A stretch of DNA of 19,959 bases from a virus: UHGV virus genome UHGV-1722906; one strand, given 5' to 3'. Position 1 is the stretch's first letter, and each line of letters starts with the position of its first letter. A program made the position numbers and the translations under genes. Under the pieces are notes generated by a model. The model was not told the DNA's origin. It saw only the letters and a program-made list of their open reading frames with translations, and ran no database searches. This document shows, piece by piece, positions 1-9,463 of this stretch.

Positions 1-306
1 GATAACAACTTTATCACCTGCCATTGCAATAATGGTTGCAGCCGATGCAGCAATACCATCAATATAAACTGTAATATTAGCCTTATGACGTTTTAATGAA
101 GAAAGAATAGCTTGAGCTGTAAAAACAGAACCACCATAACTATTAATTTTTACGTTGATAGCATTTGATGAAATATCCTTTAATTTATTAACTATGTCAG
201 AAGAAGAAACCTCATCAAATTCACCAATATACCCGTATATTAAAAGCTCAGCCGGAGTGTCATCTTCACCCGTGCTATTTTTTATTTCCCACCAATTAGG
301 CATCAT
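1..306 (-). CDS. Prohead maturation protease, ClpP/S49-like (partial; gene runs past the window start)
   Basis: Minus-strand frame open from ATGATG at 306-301 to the window edge, not in the ORF track because it has no stop. My translation reads MMPNWWEIKNSTGEDDTPAELLIYGYIGEF...INSYGGSVFTAQAILSSL...VYIDGIAASAATIIAMAGDK, which resembles the ClpP/S49 INSPGG and active-site serine regions. It overlaps the portal stop, as head genes typically do. Confidence 0.7.
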   Translation of the reverse strand, partial: MMPNWWEIKNSTGEDDTPAELLIYGYIGEFDEVSSSDIVNKLKDISSNAINVKINSYGGSVFTAQAILSSLKRHKANITVYIDGIAASAATIIAMAGDKVVI

Positions 307-1870
307 CAGTCTCCATATTTTGTTCATTTACCTCAGAAACAGGAGGATTAATAAGCCCCAACTCACGGCGAGCATTCTCTTCTCTGCCACAAATTTGTGC
401 GGTTTCTTCCCAGTTAAGACCTGACATTTCAGCCGCTTCCTTTTCACGGGTAGAGAATGTTTCCTCAACACGCAGTTTTGCAGCTTTGACTTCTTTAAGG
501 GGATCTAATTGGCCTTGTGATGGGCCATACCATTGAGCGCCACTCCATGCAGCGCGATATTCAGGCCCATAAAAAAAACCAGGGGCAATAACACGACCTT
601 TAGCCACGGCTTCGGCCAACCATTCCTCATAGATCGGTTGGCAAAATGACTGAACCATCCAGTCACGTCGCATACGGAACATTTTCCAGGCTTCAAGTAA
701 TGCGGCCCTGCTTGCGCTATAACTTGCTGTAAAATGCTTTACCAAGAGTTCGTAAGGGAGTTCTAAAGCAGCCCCAATTTGACGGCATATGGCGACAACA
801 AAACCATCAAATGCCGTATTTGGTCGCCCGGGATTTGCTGTATCTATCGACTCACCTTCACCCAAACTTACTATGGAGCCATTCCCCATTTCTTGGGTGT
901 TATCATCATGGTTATCGATCTGCTCGTACTGAGGGATACCCGATTCACCGACTGGTCCATCAGGAGCGTCTGTTTTAATAAAGACAGTAAACATCCCTGA
1001 CACAACCGCAGCAACCAATTCAGCATCGGTGTATCGTCCTAACTGCTTCAATGCTTCAATTACAGGAGCAAGGACAGGAACGCCACGGCGTTGCCCAGGC
1101 CTTTCAAAATCCTGCATGACATGCAGAATATTTCTTCTTCCTGTTTTACTCCCATATGCGGGAATACGTTCCCACTTGCGGGTTACAAAACCAGAAGTCC
1201 CGGCTGGGTGATGTTTTGCAACCCAGTACGCCACAGGCTCGCTAAATTCACCAACCTCTACGCCACCGTAAAGATTTGGTATAAAACGATCCTCTGGATT
1301 GCAAACACGATCACCTTCAATTAAATAGACGCACAAATCATATATAACACCCTTACGCTTAATAACTGGTAGCGCAGCAAATATATCGCCAGATGTTAAC
1401 GCAGATATTTGGACCAATGATTGCAATTGTCCAAAAGTACACATTCTTGATGCATCACAATTTGGAGAATCAGCCCATAATCTAAACTCACGCTCAACAT
1501 GCTTTTCCCATGCTCGCGCTTCTTCCTGCGTCATCCCCAAGAAATCGGCATCAATGTTCGCATTTAGTTTTAAACCGGAACCAACAACGTTTGTCCTGAT
1601 AGTTTTTATTGCGCCAACCGATAGCGGGTTTCCCATGAAGAGATCACGAGAACGCTCACGCAATTTATCTATATTTTTAACAATATCATCATCAGGAGAA
1701 CCAGCTTTACTAAACCAACCCCTTAATGATTTTTTATGAGTGCTTGCACCATGACGTGAATATCCAAGGTTATTAATACCTTCAAGTGCCTCTAACCGTT
1801 TTCTTGCCAAAGCTCGATTTAATGCCCTCTGAGGTGAAAACGGCGCAATAACTCGATCAAGAATATTCAT
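296..1870 (-). CDS. Phage portal protein (lambda gpB family)
   Basis: 524-aa ORF. Segments such as SYSASRAALLEAWKMFRMRR and EEWLAEAVAKGRV resemble lambda gpB as I recall it. Position between the gpW-like gene and the protease matches lambda head-gene order. Confidence 0.9.
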   Translation of the reverse strand: MNILDRVIAPFSPQRALNRALARKRLEALEGINNLGYSRHGASTHKKSLRGWFSKAGSPDDDIVKNIDKLRERSRDLFMGNPLSVGAIKTIRTNVVGSGLKLNANIDADFLGMTQEEARAWEKHVEREFRLWADSPNCDASRMCTFGQLQSLVQISALTSGDIFAALPVIKRKGVIYDLCVYLIEGDRVCNPEDRFIPNLYGGVEVGEFSEPVAYWVAKHHPAGTSGFVTRKWERIPAYGSKTGRRNILHVMQDFERPGQRRGVPVLAPVIEALKQLGRYTDAELVAAVVSGMFTVFIKTDAPDGPVGESGIPQYEQIDNHDDNTQEMGNGSIVSLGEGESIDTANPGRPNTAFDGFVVAICRQIGAALELPYELLVKHFTASYSASRAALLEAWKMFRMRRDWMVQSFCQPIYEEWLAEAVAKGRVIAPGFFYGPEYRAAWSGAQWYGPSQGQLDPLKEVKAAKLRVEETFSTREKEAAEMSGLNWEETAQICGREENARRELGLINPPVSEVNEQNMETDDA

Positions 1871-2106
1871 AAATCTCTTATCACCACTCGTTTAATTCGT
1901 GGGCCTCGGCGTATACCTGCTGATAATCTTTCTACTTCATTACGCCAGTAATCCATCTCTTTTCTGACTTCTGATAAATCCGCACGAGTTAACTGCCGCG
2001 TACCAAATTTATATGACTGACCGCCAATAGCAATAGCGCGATATGCTTCCCGCCAGACAGATAACATCTCTCTGGCTTCAGTCAGAGAAAATGCTTCATT
2101 GCTCAT
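1867..2106 (-). CDS. Head-tail joining / head completion protein (lambda gpW-like)
   Basis: 79-aa ORF between terminase large subunit and portal, 4-nt overlap with the portal start. Size and position as lambda W. Confidence 0.6.
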   Translation of the reverse strand: MSNEAFSLTEAREMLSVWREAYRAIAIGGQSYKFGTRQLTRADLSEVRKEMDYWRNEVERLSAGIRRGPRIKRVVIRDL

Positions 2107-2117
2107 TTATATTTCCT

Positions 2118-3974
2118 CTATATGGTTACGCCTTTACTTATAACTCTACGGCGTCTTCTACGTATACCTGACGAGTTCTGCACATACACATTACCTCGCA
2201 TTTCCTGTTCAGCAAGCCAGTCAAAATTAGGGTTCAGAATTTCCATCGCGGCAGTTGCATAGTTACGGCAATCAAGAGGCTCGTTACGCTCGTAGACTTT
2301 CACCCACTTTTCTTTTGTCTGCCCATTTTTATATTCAAATATTTTTTTCTCTGATAATAGCCCTTTAAAATAATCAGTATCATATCCTCTGTCAGAATCT
2401 AATGGAAAATGCATATAACCAGGACCAGGATCATGTAGCTTAATTCGTGCCATGATGGTCCCTTTACCATCATCAACCCCCAAATTAAACAACATAGCAC
2501 CTACACGGTTATTATTGCTTGGCTTTCCTATAAACGGTAAACCTACCCCACCACGACCTCTGATAGAGTATATTCGCCTTGATTCTCGCGGCTTAGTAAA
2601 GCGATATACCTCTGTCGTAAAATGCCCACCAGAGTCAATACAAACGGAAGAAATCTGTAATTTTCGACCGTCACGAAATGACCAGCTACGGAGTAAGTAT
2701 TCATCAAGTTGTTTCCAGACAACATCTTGTGCGGGATCGCCCGGAAATATTTTATATTCAATCCCCCATGATTCCTTACCTTTTCCCCAACCGACCAATT
2801 CACAAACTAAATACGTGTCCTGTACGTCAACACCAGCACTTAACAATAAAACATCATCTGGTAAAAACTCTTCAAACCTTATTCTGCGTTGCAACAAGTA
2901 TTCAGGATCGATATCGTCTTTAGCATCCTCTTTCCATGGCTCACCCAGCTTAAGGTTAATAAACTCCATTAATCCATTTTTATCGCGGTTTCTGGTTGCT
3001 TCCGTAAATTCTTCAACCAGCTCTGACAATGCAACCCACGGGGAGTAAAGACTGTTAATATGAAAACCAACAATACCTTTAACTCCAGTATGTTCAGCTA
3101 TCCATACCCCCTTCGCCAACCAATCAACGTCTGGTTTACCAGATCCGCGCATAATCCCGCCGCACTCACAGCACTCATATCTGGCCGTTTCCGGTAACGC
3201 CTCACCTGAATCGCTCTTATCCCATCTGACTTGCGACCATTTCATCACCTGCATGGTGCCACAACATGGGCAAGGAACATGGTAGTAACGCTGATCGGAG
3301 AGCTTAAACCACTTGTGGATTTTGCTCGTTTCCTCCAAAACAGGAGTAGAAACAAAAACTTTCTTACGATTATGAAAGTTGGTAGTACGCTGAATACCTA
3401 GTTTTAGTGGGTCGCCCTCCTGCGTCACACCGTAACGATCAATCTCATCAGCTAACAATATTCGAATTGGCCTGGATGCAAGACCTGCTGGGGAATTAGC
3501 ACCAACAAGTGCTATATATCCACCAGCGTAATGTTTCATACGTATAGTCGTGCTGGACTTTTTGGCTGCACCGCGCCCCTCTTTCCCTTCATGCAGCTTG
3601 TGTTTCAAACCAGGGGAATATTTGAACGTCGGATCAATACGCTCTTTTGAAAAAGCCTCAGCCGCCTCTACCGTTGGATAAATCATCAACTGAGGAGATG
3701 GCTCCTGATCTGCAAAGTAACCCATAACATTTAGCTGTAATTCGGATTTACCAATTTGCGAGCTACATTGCATCACTACTGTTTCTGTATCAGCGTCACC
3801 AATAACATCCATTGGTTCACGCAAATATGGCACTCGGCTTGTACGCCACGGCCCTGGCTCTGGAGACGTTCCCGGCGCTACATGACGATACTTATCAGCC
3901 CATTCGGAAACAGTTAGCCGTGATTTAGGGCGAAGCGCACGGAAAAAAGCGGTGCTCCATACTGTTTCGCCCAT
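2118..3974 (-). CDS. Terminase large subunit (lambda gpA-like)
   Basis: 618-aa ORF with a cysteine cluster HVPCPCCG...CCECGG like the lambda gpA ACPHCG region. Lies between the small terminase and gpW-like genes. Confidence 0.9.
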   Translation of the reverse strand: MGETVWSTAFFRALRPKSRLTVSEWADKYRHVAPGTSPEPGPWRTSRVPYLREPMDVIGDADTETVVMQCSSQIGKSELQLNVMGYFADQEPSPQLMIYPTVEAAEAFSKERIDPTFKYSPGLKHKLHEGKEGRGAAKKSSTTIRMKHYAGGYIALVGANSPAGLASRPIRILLADEIDRYGVTQEGDPLKLGIQRTTNFHNRKKVFVSTPVLEETSKIHKWFKLSDQRYYHVPCPCCGTMQVMKWSQVRWDKSDSGEALPETARYECCECGGIMRGSGKPDVDWLAKGVWIAEHTGVKGIVGFHINSLYSPWVALSELVEEFTEATRNRDKNGLMEFINLKLGEPWKEDAKDDIDPEYLLQRRIRFEEFLPDDVLLLSAGVDVQDTYLVCELVGWGKGKESWGIEYKIFPGDPAQDVVWKQLDEYLLRSWSFRDGRKLQISSVCIDSGGHFTTEVYRFTKPRESRRIYSIRGRGGVGLPFIGKPSNNNRVGAMLFNLGVDDGKGTIMARIKLHDPGPGYMHFPLDSDRGYDTDYFKGLLSEKKIFEYKNGQTKEKWVKVYERNEPLDCRNYATAAMEILNPNFDWLAEQEMRGNVYVQNSSGIRRRRRRVISKGVTI

Positions 3975-3979
3975 GAGGT

Positions 3980-4532
3980 TTATTCTTCCTGCTTAATAAA
4001 TCGGGATTCCTGGAGCGCCTGAAGCGCAAAATTAATCTCGTCTTCAATAATGCGTTCGATCTCCCTGGCTGTTTTGCCTTCACAACGGGGAGCTGCTCTT
4101 GGAGCAATACTAAATAAGCGGCTACGCAATTCATTAGCTGCCAGAAATGCATCATCCCTGACCGCATCTTTAGCGATGAGAGAGCCTTCCTTTTCTTCAA
4201 ATTCAAGGCGTTTCAGCTTTGCCTGATAAATTTTTTCTGCGGTCTTAGCCTTGTTGAATTGCACCGCAACACCGGAAGTACCACCAGCTAATCCGGCATC
4301 ATCAGCGGGTAACTCTGGTTGTTCCGAAGATATCCCATGCCCTCTTTTTCCGTTTTCAGCAGATACCTCACGACCAACCTGTCGGCTCGCTTCATAAGCC
4401 GCACTAGCTTTATCAAAATCCAGCTTGCCGCTTTTCAGCACTGGAATGCGACCGGAACGACAGAGCTTCGTAACCATTGCCGGAGAAATACCTTTCCGGC
4501 GGGCAAACTCTGACTTACTGACGATGGCCATT
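3980..4532 (-). CDS. Terminase small subunit with N-terminal HTH
   Basis: Track ORF 3980..4540 begins with TTG. The ATG at about 4532 (MAIVSKSEFARRKGISPAMV...) overlaps the stop of the upstream ParB-like gene as TAATG, so it is the more likely start. N-terminal helix-turn-helix and a charged coiled C-terminal half are typical of Nu1-type small terminases. Confidence 0.7.
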
Positions 4533-5121
4533 ACTTGCAACCATTAGCAAGATACTGAACAAATCCCTCATGAGTTTCATGCGCGTCGTGGTACTGACGA
4601 TAAACATCCAGCAACAATGCAATTTCCATATCCGTCGCGGGAATACGTTCTTTATCAATAGCCAGGTACTTAATTTGAACAACAGGGGAAGAATTATCGT
4701 CTTCTTCCTGCGGCTGTTCATCGCTTAACATTTCGTCAAGCTCTGCATCATTAAACCCAAGCAGATCAATATCAAAATCATCATCCATTAACGCTTTGAC
4801 TTCTTCGGCCAGAAGCTGCATATCCCAGCCAGCATTTAAGGCCAGCTTGTTATCTGCAATCCTGTAAGCCTTCTTCTGTTTTTCAGAAAGGTTACTCAAC
4901 CGAATCGCTGGAACTTTATCCATTTCCAGAATTTCGGCTGCTGCAAGCCGCCCATGCCCCGCAATCAGTTCATTCTTTTCATCGATCAGCACAGGATTAG
5001 TGAAACCGAACTCACGGATACTGTTCACCAACTGTTCAACTTGCTCATCTGAATGAGTCCGTGAATTTTTGGCGTATCTGAGCAGCTTACCGACTGGTAA
5101 ATATTCGATTTTTAGAGCCAT
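4531..5121 (-). CDS. ParB-like nuclease domain (ParB/Srx fold) protein
   Basis: 196-aa ORF with motif LIDEKNELIAGHGRLAAA, matching the GxxR box of ParB N-terminal domains. Stop overlaps the terS start. Confidence 0.75.
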   Translation of the reverse strand: MALKIEYLPVGKLLRYAKNSRTHSDEQVEQLVNSIREFGFTNPVLIDEKNELIAGHGRLAAAEILEMDKVPAIRLSNLSEKQKKAYRIADNKLALNAGWDMQLLAEEVKALMDDDFDIDLLGFNDAELDEMLSDEQPQEEDDNSSPVVQIKYLAIDKERIPATDMEIALLLDVYRQYHDAHETHEGFVQYLANGCK

Positions 5122-5678
5122 TTTTTAACCGCCATAACACAACAGGTTAAAGAAAACTGTTTAACTTATTGATACTAAAAGAGAAAAATGACGATCTTTT
5201 TACTCATAAAAAATCACACAAACCAGCATAATCATCTGATTTTATTAAGTTTTTATAAGTAAAAAGGATCTTGATATGGTGTTTTGGTTAAAAGATTGGA
5301 TGTATTTGCATGATTTATAACGATTTTTATCAAAACAGCCTTACATTAGTTAAAGATCTGCGCGTATCTTGATGATCTAAAAGAAAATTTTCTACTTTCT
5401 TTTTACCATCGCAAGCACAGCAAAAAATCACGTTTTCCCAATATTTTTCAATGAGATGAGTAAATTTCTTTTACCGCAACTTTTAACCTAACTTTTTTCA
5501 CGTTTAGCTAGCCGAACATCGGGGTTCGAATGACCCGCATCCAACGCTTTTGGCCAGAAGGACCCAATTCTGCCGGACGATGAAACGATGCTCGTGCTCC
5601 CCCACAGACAGCCAGCGAGCGACGCTACAGAACACAGTGAATACACTCTGCATAACAACACCATCAACCACACGATGA
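5122..5678. promoter_or_regulatory. Long non-coding spacer: AT-rich promoter-like part (about 5130-5480, four GATC sites) plus a GC-rich part (about 5500-5678)
   Basis: No credible ORF; the two track ORFs here are short and Cys/Leu-rich. Sits upstream of the ParB-like/terS/terL operon on the minus strand. Confidence 0.35.
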
Positions 5679-6398
5679 TTAACGAGAGAAGGTCTTAGAA
5701 AGAATGTCATCAATAGCCTTTGTGACTTCATCAGCAAACGCATCCTCACCAGCACGCAGCGCCACGCCATGCCAATCAAGACGCTGCGAATAGTTAGGTT
5801 GCTGGATAAACGTAAGGATCAACGTAGGACGCCGCCCAACGCGCTGCCAGACACCTGGTTGAAGCGGGTTACTTGTACCAGGTCGAACAACAAAAAACTC
5901 CGTAGGCTTGCCCTGACGGCGATTTTGATGCGCATCTCGCTGAACTCTTAGGCCAGATAAGACCTGCTGTAATTGCCCCCGCGAAATATTCCCGTATTTG
6001 TCCAGCTTTGCGCCGGGACCAGGAGCAAGCTGCCAGCCGTTAGGCAAATATCCACCAGCCCTTAGCGCCCCTTCTGAGCGTTTGTACTGTCGTTGGCCAC
6101 CTTCGATTTGCGGAGTCAACGTTACAGGGGCTGGCGTTCCTCCCCATTCACGAGCATACACAATGGCTGTAGGATCACTCTTCTTTGCGGCCAAAACGTA
6201 AGTAGAGTTCTGAATCCACGGCGTGGGCCTGTCAAATACCCGATTAATTTCATTCTTAATCGCAGCCTGAGAAGCCTTTGCCGTTCTGGTTGCCGCAAGC
6301 GCCATTGCGAACGGCAATTCGCGTTCTTCAAGGCGCTGGAGTTGTCGTTGAATATCCTGAGAAGAAAAATCCATCTTTATCTCAATTCTGTCAGCCAC
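5679..6398 (-). CDS. Hypothetical protein (239 aa), function unknown
   Basis: Long ORF on the same strand as its neighbours, between the two ParB-domain genes. No motif I recognise. Confidence 0.55.
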   Translation of the reverse strand: MADRIEIKMDFSSQDIQRQLQRLEERELPFAMALAATRTAKASQAAIKNEINRVFDRPTPWIQNSTYVLAAKKSDPTAIVYAREWGGTPAPVTLTPQIEGGQRQYKRSEGALRAGGYLPNGWQLAPGPGAKLDKYGNISRGQLQQVLSGLRVQRDAHQNRRQGKPTEFFVVRPGTSNPLQPGVWQRVGRRPTLILTFIQQPNYSQRLDWHGVALRAGEDAFADEVTKAIDDILSKTFSR

Positions 6399-6414
6399 CA
6401 GCGCCTCCTACACA

Positions 6415-7794
6415 CTACTTAATCAACGGCCGGAAAGCCGCCAGCACATCATCAGATCGTCCGATTGTTGAACCACCAGGCAACGGCAACTCAAACTCAA
6501 AACGAACAGCTTTCTCCAGACTCGCCCAACTAAGGGAATCATCGTTAATGACGTGCAAATACCAGCTCTTACAGTTGAATATTGACCGCTTAATCCTGAA
6601 ACCATGTACACGACACAACTGCTTCACTTCATCATCAGAGTGAAACTTCTGGTAAAACCAGTGCCCCTTCCGGTACAACGCGGTAAAACCGTTATGATCA
6701 ATAAAATAAAGCCGGCTTTTGGAACTCGCCGCTTGTGTTTGCTTCAGGACTGTTTCCAGCTCTCCACGGCTACGACCAGAAAAGAATATTGACCCACCAG
6801 CTTTACACAGGCCTTTTAGAACCGTCAGAACGGACCATTCAGCCTCGACACTATCGACCGAGTTCAAAACGCTATCGCAAATCACGTAGTCGTAACGCCC
6901 TCGCGTTTTTAAGTCGTCCACCAGCGTATCAATCATCCGGTTTGTTGCGGCCCTATCCAGAGTGTTTCCAGCGCCCTTACGGCGGAAAAGCTCGAGATCA
7001 TGCAGGTTATATCCCTTTGCCCTGAGCATTCGCGCGTAGTCTCCCTGCCCCGAACCAAAATCAATTCCTCTTGGCGTCTTGGCAATGATCGGGAGGATCA
7101 ACGACTCATACAGGTTTGATTTCAGGCTGCCACCATTACGCAACCGCATAAGCTGCGCATACGTCTGGATGTATGTTGTTTTCTCCAGATGAGAATACTC
7201 AAATACACCATAAGTTTTATTCAGATAACTTTGGTATTTTTCCTTCTCAACATCAGGGATCACAAACACCGTTAGCGGTGTGCGCGTCATCTTCGCTGCT
7301 AATGCATACTGAGCACAGTGAATAACCTCGCCAGACTGAGTAGCAACACAACCACCCCACGGACCATACTTGATAACCAGTTCCGCTATGTTCTTTCGAA
7401 CATATGCCATTTTCGCGCGCATATTGCCTGAGATCTGGCTTGCCGATACCTGAACAAAACCATGCTTATCTTCCAGACCGGACACCCTGCAACGCTCATC
7501 TCCGCTATCAAAATCCGTTCCGTTATGCAGTTGGTTAAACCGTACTTCGTCGTATACCGTCGTTTCACAGGGCAACACATACACCGCAGCACGCGTTATT
7601 CCCAACTTACGTAGCGCCTTCGTCCTTTGGTGTCCCGCCACCAGCAAATCGCCGCGCACTATCAATGGCTTCACAAGCCCCAGCTCCCTGACGCTTTCCG
7701 CCAGCCTCGCAAGATCATCCTCACCGATAAAACGCGGGTTATATTCCGCGCCACGTAGGTGCGTTATGTCGTAATTGAGGTGAAGCATCAGCAC
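6415..7794 (-). CDS. ParB-like N-terminal domain fused to a class I SAM-dependent methyltransferase
   Basis: 459-aa ORF. N-terminus has LLVAGHQRTKALRKLG (ParB/Srx box). Centre has GIDFGSGQGDYARML, a glycine-rich SAM-binding motif I. I could find no DPPY/NPPY or PCQ motif, so the substrate is uncertain. Overlaps the upstream ParB gene by 7 nt. Confidence 0.75.
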   Translation of the reverse strand: MLMLHLNYDITHLRGAEYNPRFIGEDDLARLAESVRELGLVKPLIVRGDLLVAGHQRTKALRKLGITRAAVYVLPCETTVYDEVRFNQLHNGTDFDSGDERCRVSGLEDKHGFVQVSASQISGNMRAKMAYVRKNIAELVIKYGPWGGCVATQSGEVIHCAQYALAAKMTRTPLTVFVIPDVEKEKYQSYLNKTYGVFEYSHLEKTTYIQTYAQLMRLRNGGSLKSNLYESLILPIIAKTPRGIDFGSGQGDYARMLRAKGYNLHDLELFRRKGAGNTLDRAATNRMIDTLVDDLKTRGRYDYVICDSVLNSVDSVEAEWSVLTVLKGLCKAGGSIFFSGRSRGELETVLKQTQAASSKSRLYFIDHNGFTALYRKGHWFYQKFHSDDEVKQLCRVHGFRIKRSIFNCKSWYLHVINDDSLSWASLEKAVRFEFELPLPGGSTIGRSDDVLAAFRPLIK

Positions 7795-8411
7795 ACCTCC
7801 CCAGCCAGCAATGCGGATACAAATCCGATATAGCTGCCATTATCATCAACATAACGAGACACCGCGCAGTCAAAACGATCCGCTTCCTCATCCGTTGCCG
7901 GGATTTTATGACCTCCAAATGACAGGTACTGAACTTTTACGCCTGATTTGGCCTCATCCTTCTCAAATGGGATATCCATACCCTCTGTGTCATCGTAGAC
8001 CGCCGCACTCAATAAGTTATCCAGTTCGCGCTGAGTAAAACCAATTGAGTCCAGAGCAAAATCATCGGCCGCAAGATCTGCAAGCTCCGCGCTTAACAAC
8101 TCTTCATCCCAACCAGCATTCAGCGGAATACGGTTGTCGGCCAGACGATATGCCTTCTTCTGATTCTCCGTTAGCCCAGCCAGAACAATGCAGGGAACAT
8201 CATCCATCCCCAACTGAGTGGCCGCAGCAATTCGACCATGACCAGCAATTACAACGTTGTTCTCGTCTATCAGGATCGGATTAGTCCATCCGTACTCCTG
8301 TATGCTGGCAACAATCTGATCTACCTGCTCCACGGAGTGTGTGCGAGCGTTCTTTTCATAACCAATCAACACAGAAAGTGGTAAAGAAACCACATTAAGA
8401 TGTTTTGTCAT
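7788..8411 (-). CDS. ParB-like nuclease domain protein (paralog of 4531..5121)
   Basis: 207-aa ORF with motif LIDENNVVIAGHGRIAAA. Colinear with the 196-aa protein through shared blocks such as KNxRTHSxEQV, TENQKKAYRxADN and LNAGWD. Confidence 0.75.
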   Translation of the reverse strand: MTKHLNVVSLPLSVLIGYEKNARTHSVEQVDQIVASIQEYGWTNPILIDENNVVIAGHGRIAAATQLGMDDVPCIVLAGLTENQKKAYRLADNRIPLNAGWDEELLSAELADLAADDFALDSIGFTQRELDNLLSAAVYDDTEGMDIPFEKDEAKSGVKVQYLSFGGHKIPATDEEADRFDCAVSRYVDDNGSYIGFVSALLAGEVC

Positions 8412-8645
8412 GCCGTTTATCCGCTAAAATCCCCTCGCTTGTGCAAGCAAGTGGGCCTCGGTTTGTATCCACGGCACCCTGTGGGTATGAATGACTGTCG
8501 TCAGGTCGCAACTGACGGCGGTCGCCCACCTTCCAGTAATAAAAAAGCCACCAGCATTAACTCCACAGCGAGCTGGAGTTAATGAGGCAGCTTTGGTTTG
8601 CGCATTATCGCAGCCCCTGATAAGCACAAGAGCTGCTGTAATGCG

Positions 8646-9056
8646 TTACGCAGGGATCAAACGGAGGCAGCCGTTATTTACCTCAATACGAGAGTATTCC
8701 GGCTTACCATCAACGATTCCGGTAATGACAAGTTCGCCATCAGACGAGCATTCTTCTTTGTCGTCTTCAAGTACCGCGCCTTCTGGCAAATCAACACAGG
8801 CAAAAACAGGGCAGCCAGGATAACGATCATCTTCCATCGCAATCAGCATCGACTCACCGAACCACTCTGTGGTAGCACGGCCATCAGCCGCCTGATAGTG
8901 AATCAGATACTGGTTTTCGCCATTTGCATACTGAGCACGGGCTTGAACTTCTCCCCATTCGTCACTGATACGCATTGTTACCAGTTGGGATAATTCAAAC
9001 TTAAACGGAACAGACTCTGCACCAATGGCAATCGGTTTATCTTCTTTCTTTTCCAT
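8646..9056 (-). CDS. Strongly acidic hypothetical protein (136 aa)
   Basis: Track ORF is 8646..9125, but the ATG at 9056 is preceded by AGGTGA and lies just downstream of a terminator, so I take 9056 as the start. About 27 Asp+Glu against about 12 Lys+Arg. Confidence 0.5.
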   Translation of the reverse strand: MEKKEDKPIAIGAESVPFKFELSQLVTMRISDEWGEVQARAQYANGENQYLIHYQAADGRATTEWFGESMLIAMEDDRYPGCPVFACVDLPEGAVLEDDKEECSSDGELVITGIVDGKPEYSRIEVNNGCLRLIPA

Positions 9057-9068
9057 AACATCACCTGA

Positions 9069-9096
9069 AAATAAAAAGCCCCGCGACACCGCGAGG
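9069..9096 (-). terminator. Rho-independent terminator (GC hairpin plus U-run on the minus strand)
   Basis: Minus-strand RNA reads CCUCGCG-GUGU-CGCGGGG followed by CUUUUUAUUUU, about 10 nt after the stop of the 54-aa ORF. Confidence 0.6.
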
Positions 9097-9105
9097 CTGT
9101 AAGAG

Positions 9106-9270
9106 TTACTTTCGATAGAAATCAAGGCGCATTTGCTCCCGCTTAAGCCGAAAAGCTCTCTGCGCCACTAAGATGCGCCACAGGACACCAGCAATAACCA
9201 CCAGCGAGATACAAAAACACACGGCCACAACCATCAGAAAAATGCCAACACCATTCATGAAACTATCCAT
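9106..9270 (-). CDS. Small predicted membrane protein (about 54 aa)
   Basis: Below the ORF-track size cutoff. My translation is MDSFMNGVGIFLMVVAVCFCISLVVIAGVLWRILVAQRAFRLKREQMRLDFYRK: one hydrophobic helix then a basic tail. Followed by a terminator. Weak ribosome-binding site. Confidence 0.35.
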   Translation of the reverse strand: MDSFMNGVGIFLMVVAVCFCISLVVIAGVLWRILVAQRAFRLKREQMRLDFYRK

Positions 9271-9461
9271 TCTTCAATGAATATCTCCAGTAATGTCAAG
9301 AGATACGCCGTCCCCAGCGCGGTTCCTACCGATATAGCTAAGACAAACCTCAAAGATAACGAGGTGTCTTTCGCTTTTCTCCAGACGTAAGCGCCAGCCA
9401 GAAATACCAACAAATCTCTTATTGGAAGCGGAAACCAGAACAAATCACTCGGCAAGTCCAC
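9255..9461 (-). CDS. Small predicted membrane protein (68 aa)
   Basis: GTG start 2 nt after the upstream stop, preceded by GGAAGGA. Two hydrophobic segments (LLVFLAGAYVW, FVLAISVGTALGTAYLLTLL). Confidence 0.5.
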   Translation of the reverse strand: MDLPSDLFWFPLPIRDLLVFLAGAYVWRKAKDTSLSLRFVLAISVGTALGTAYLLTLLEIFIEEWIVS

Positions 9462-9463
9462 GG

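Noticed and set aside
155-424. 89-aa plus-strand ORF at the left edge
   Set aside because: Antisense to the protease and portal genes, which have clear family resemblance; TTG start with no ribosome-binding site.
2452-3048. 198-aa plus-strand ORF
   Set aside because: Lies entirely antisense within the terminase large subunit gene; Ser/Pro-rich with no start context.
5515-5545. tRNA-like T-arm motif (GGGGTTCGAATGACCC) that could mark a tRNA gene or att-site remnant
   Set aside because: No stem complementary to a T-stem, and no acceptor, D or anticodon arms in either orientation.
5488-5779. Two overlapping minus-strand ORFs (61 and 91 aa) in the GC-rich spacer
   Set aside because: Cys/Leu-rich, no start context, and one overlaps the 3' end of the 239-aa gene out of frame.
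8491-8993. Plus-strand ORFs of 110 and 131 aa
   Set aside because: Antisense to the acidic-protein gene and its terminator region, on the opposite strand to every neighbouring gene; low-complexity Ser/Ala-rich translation.
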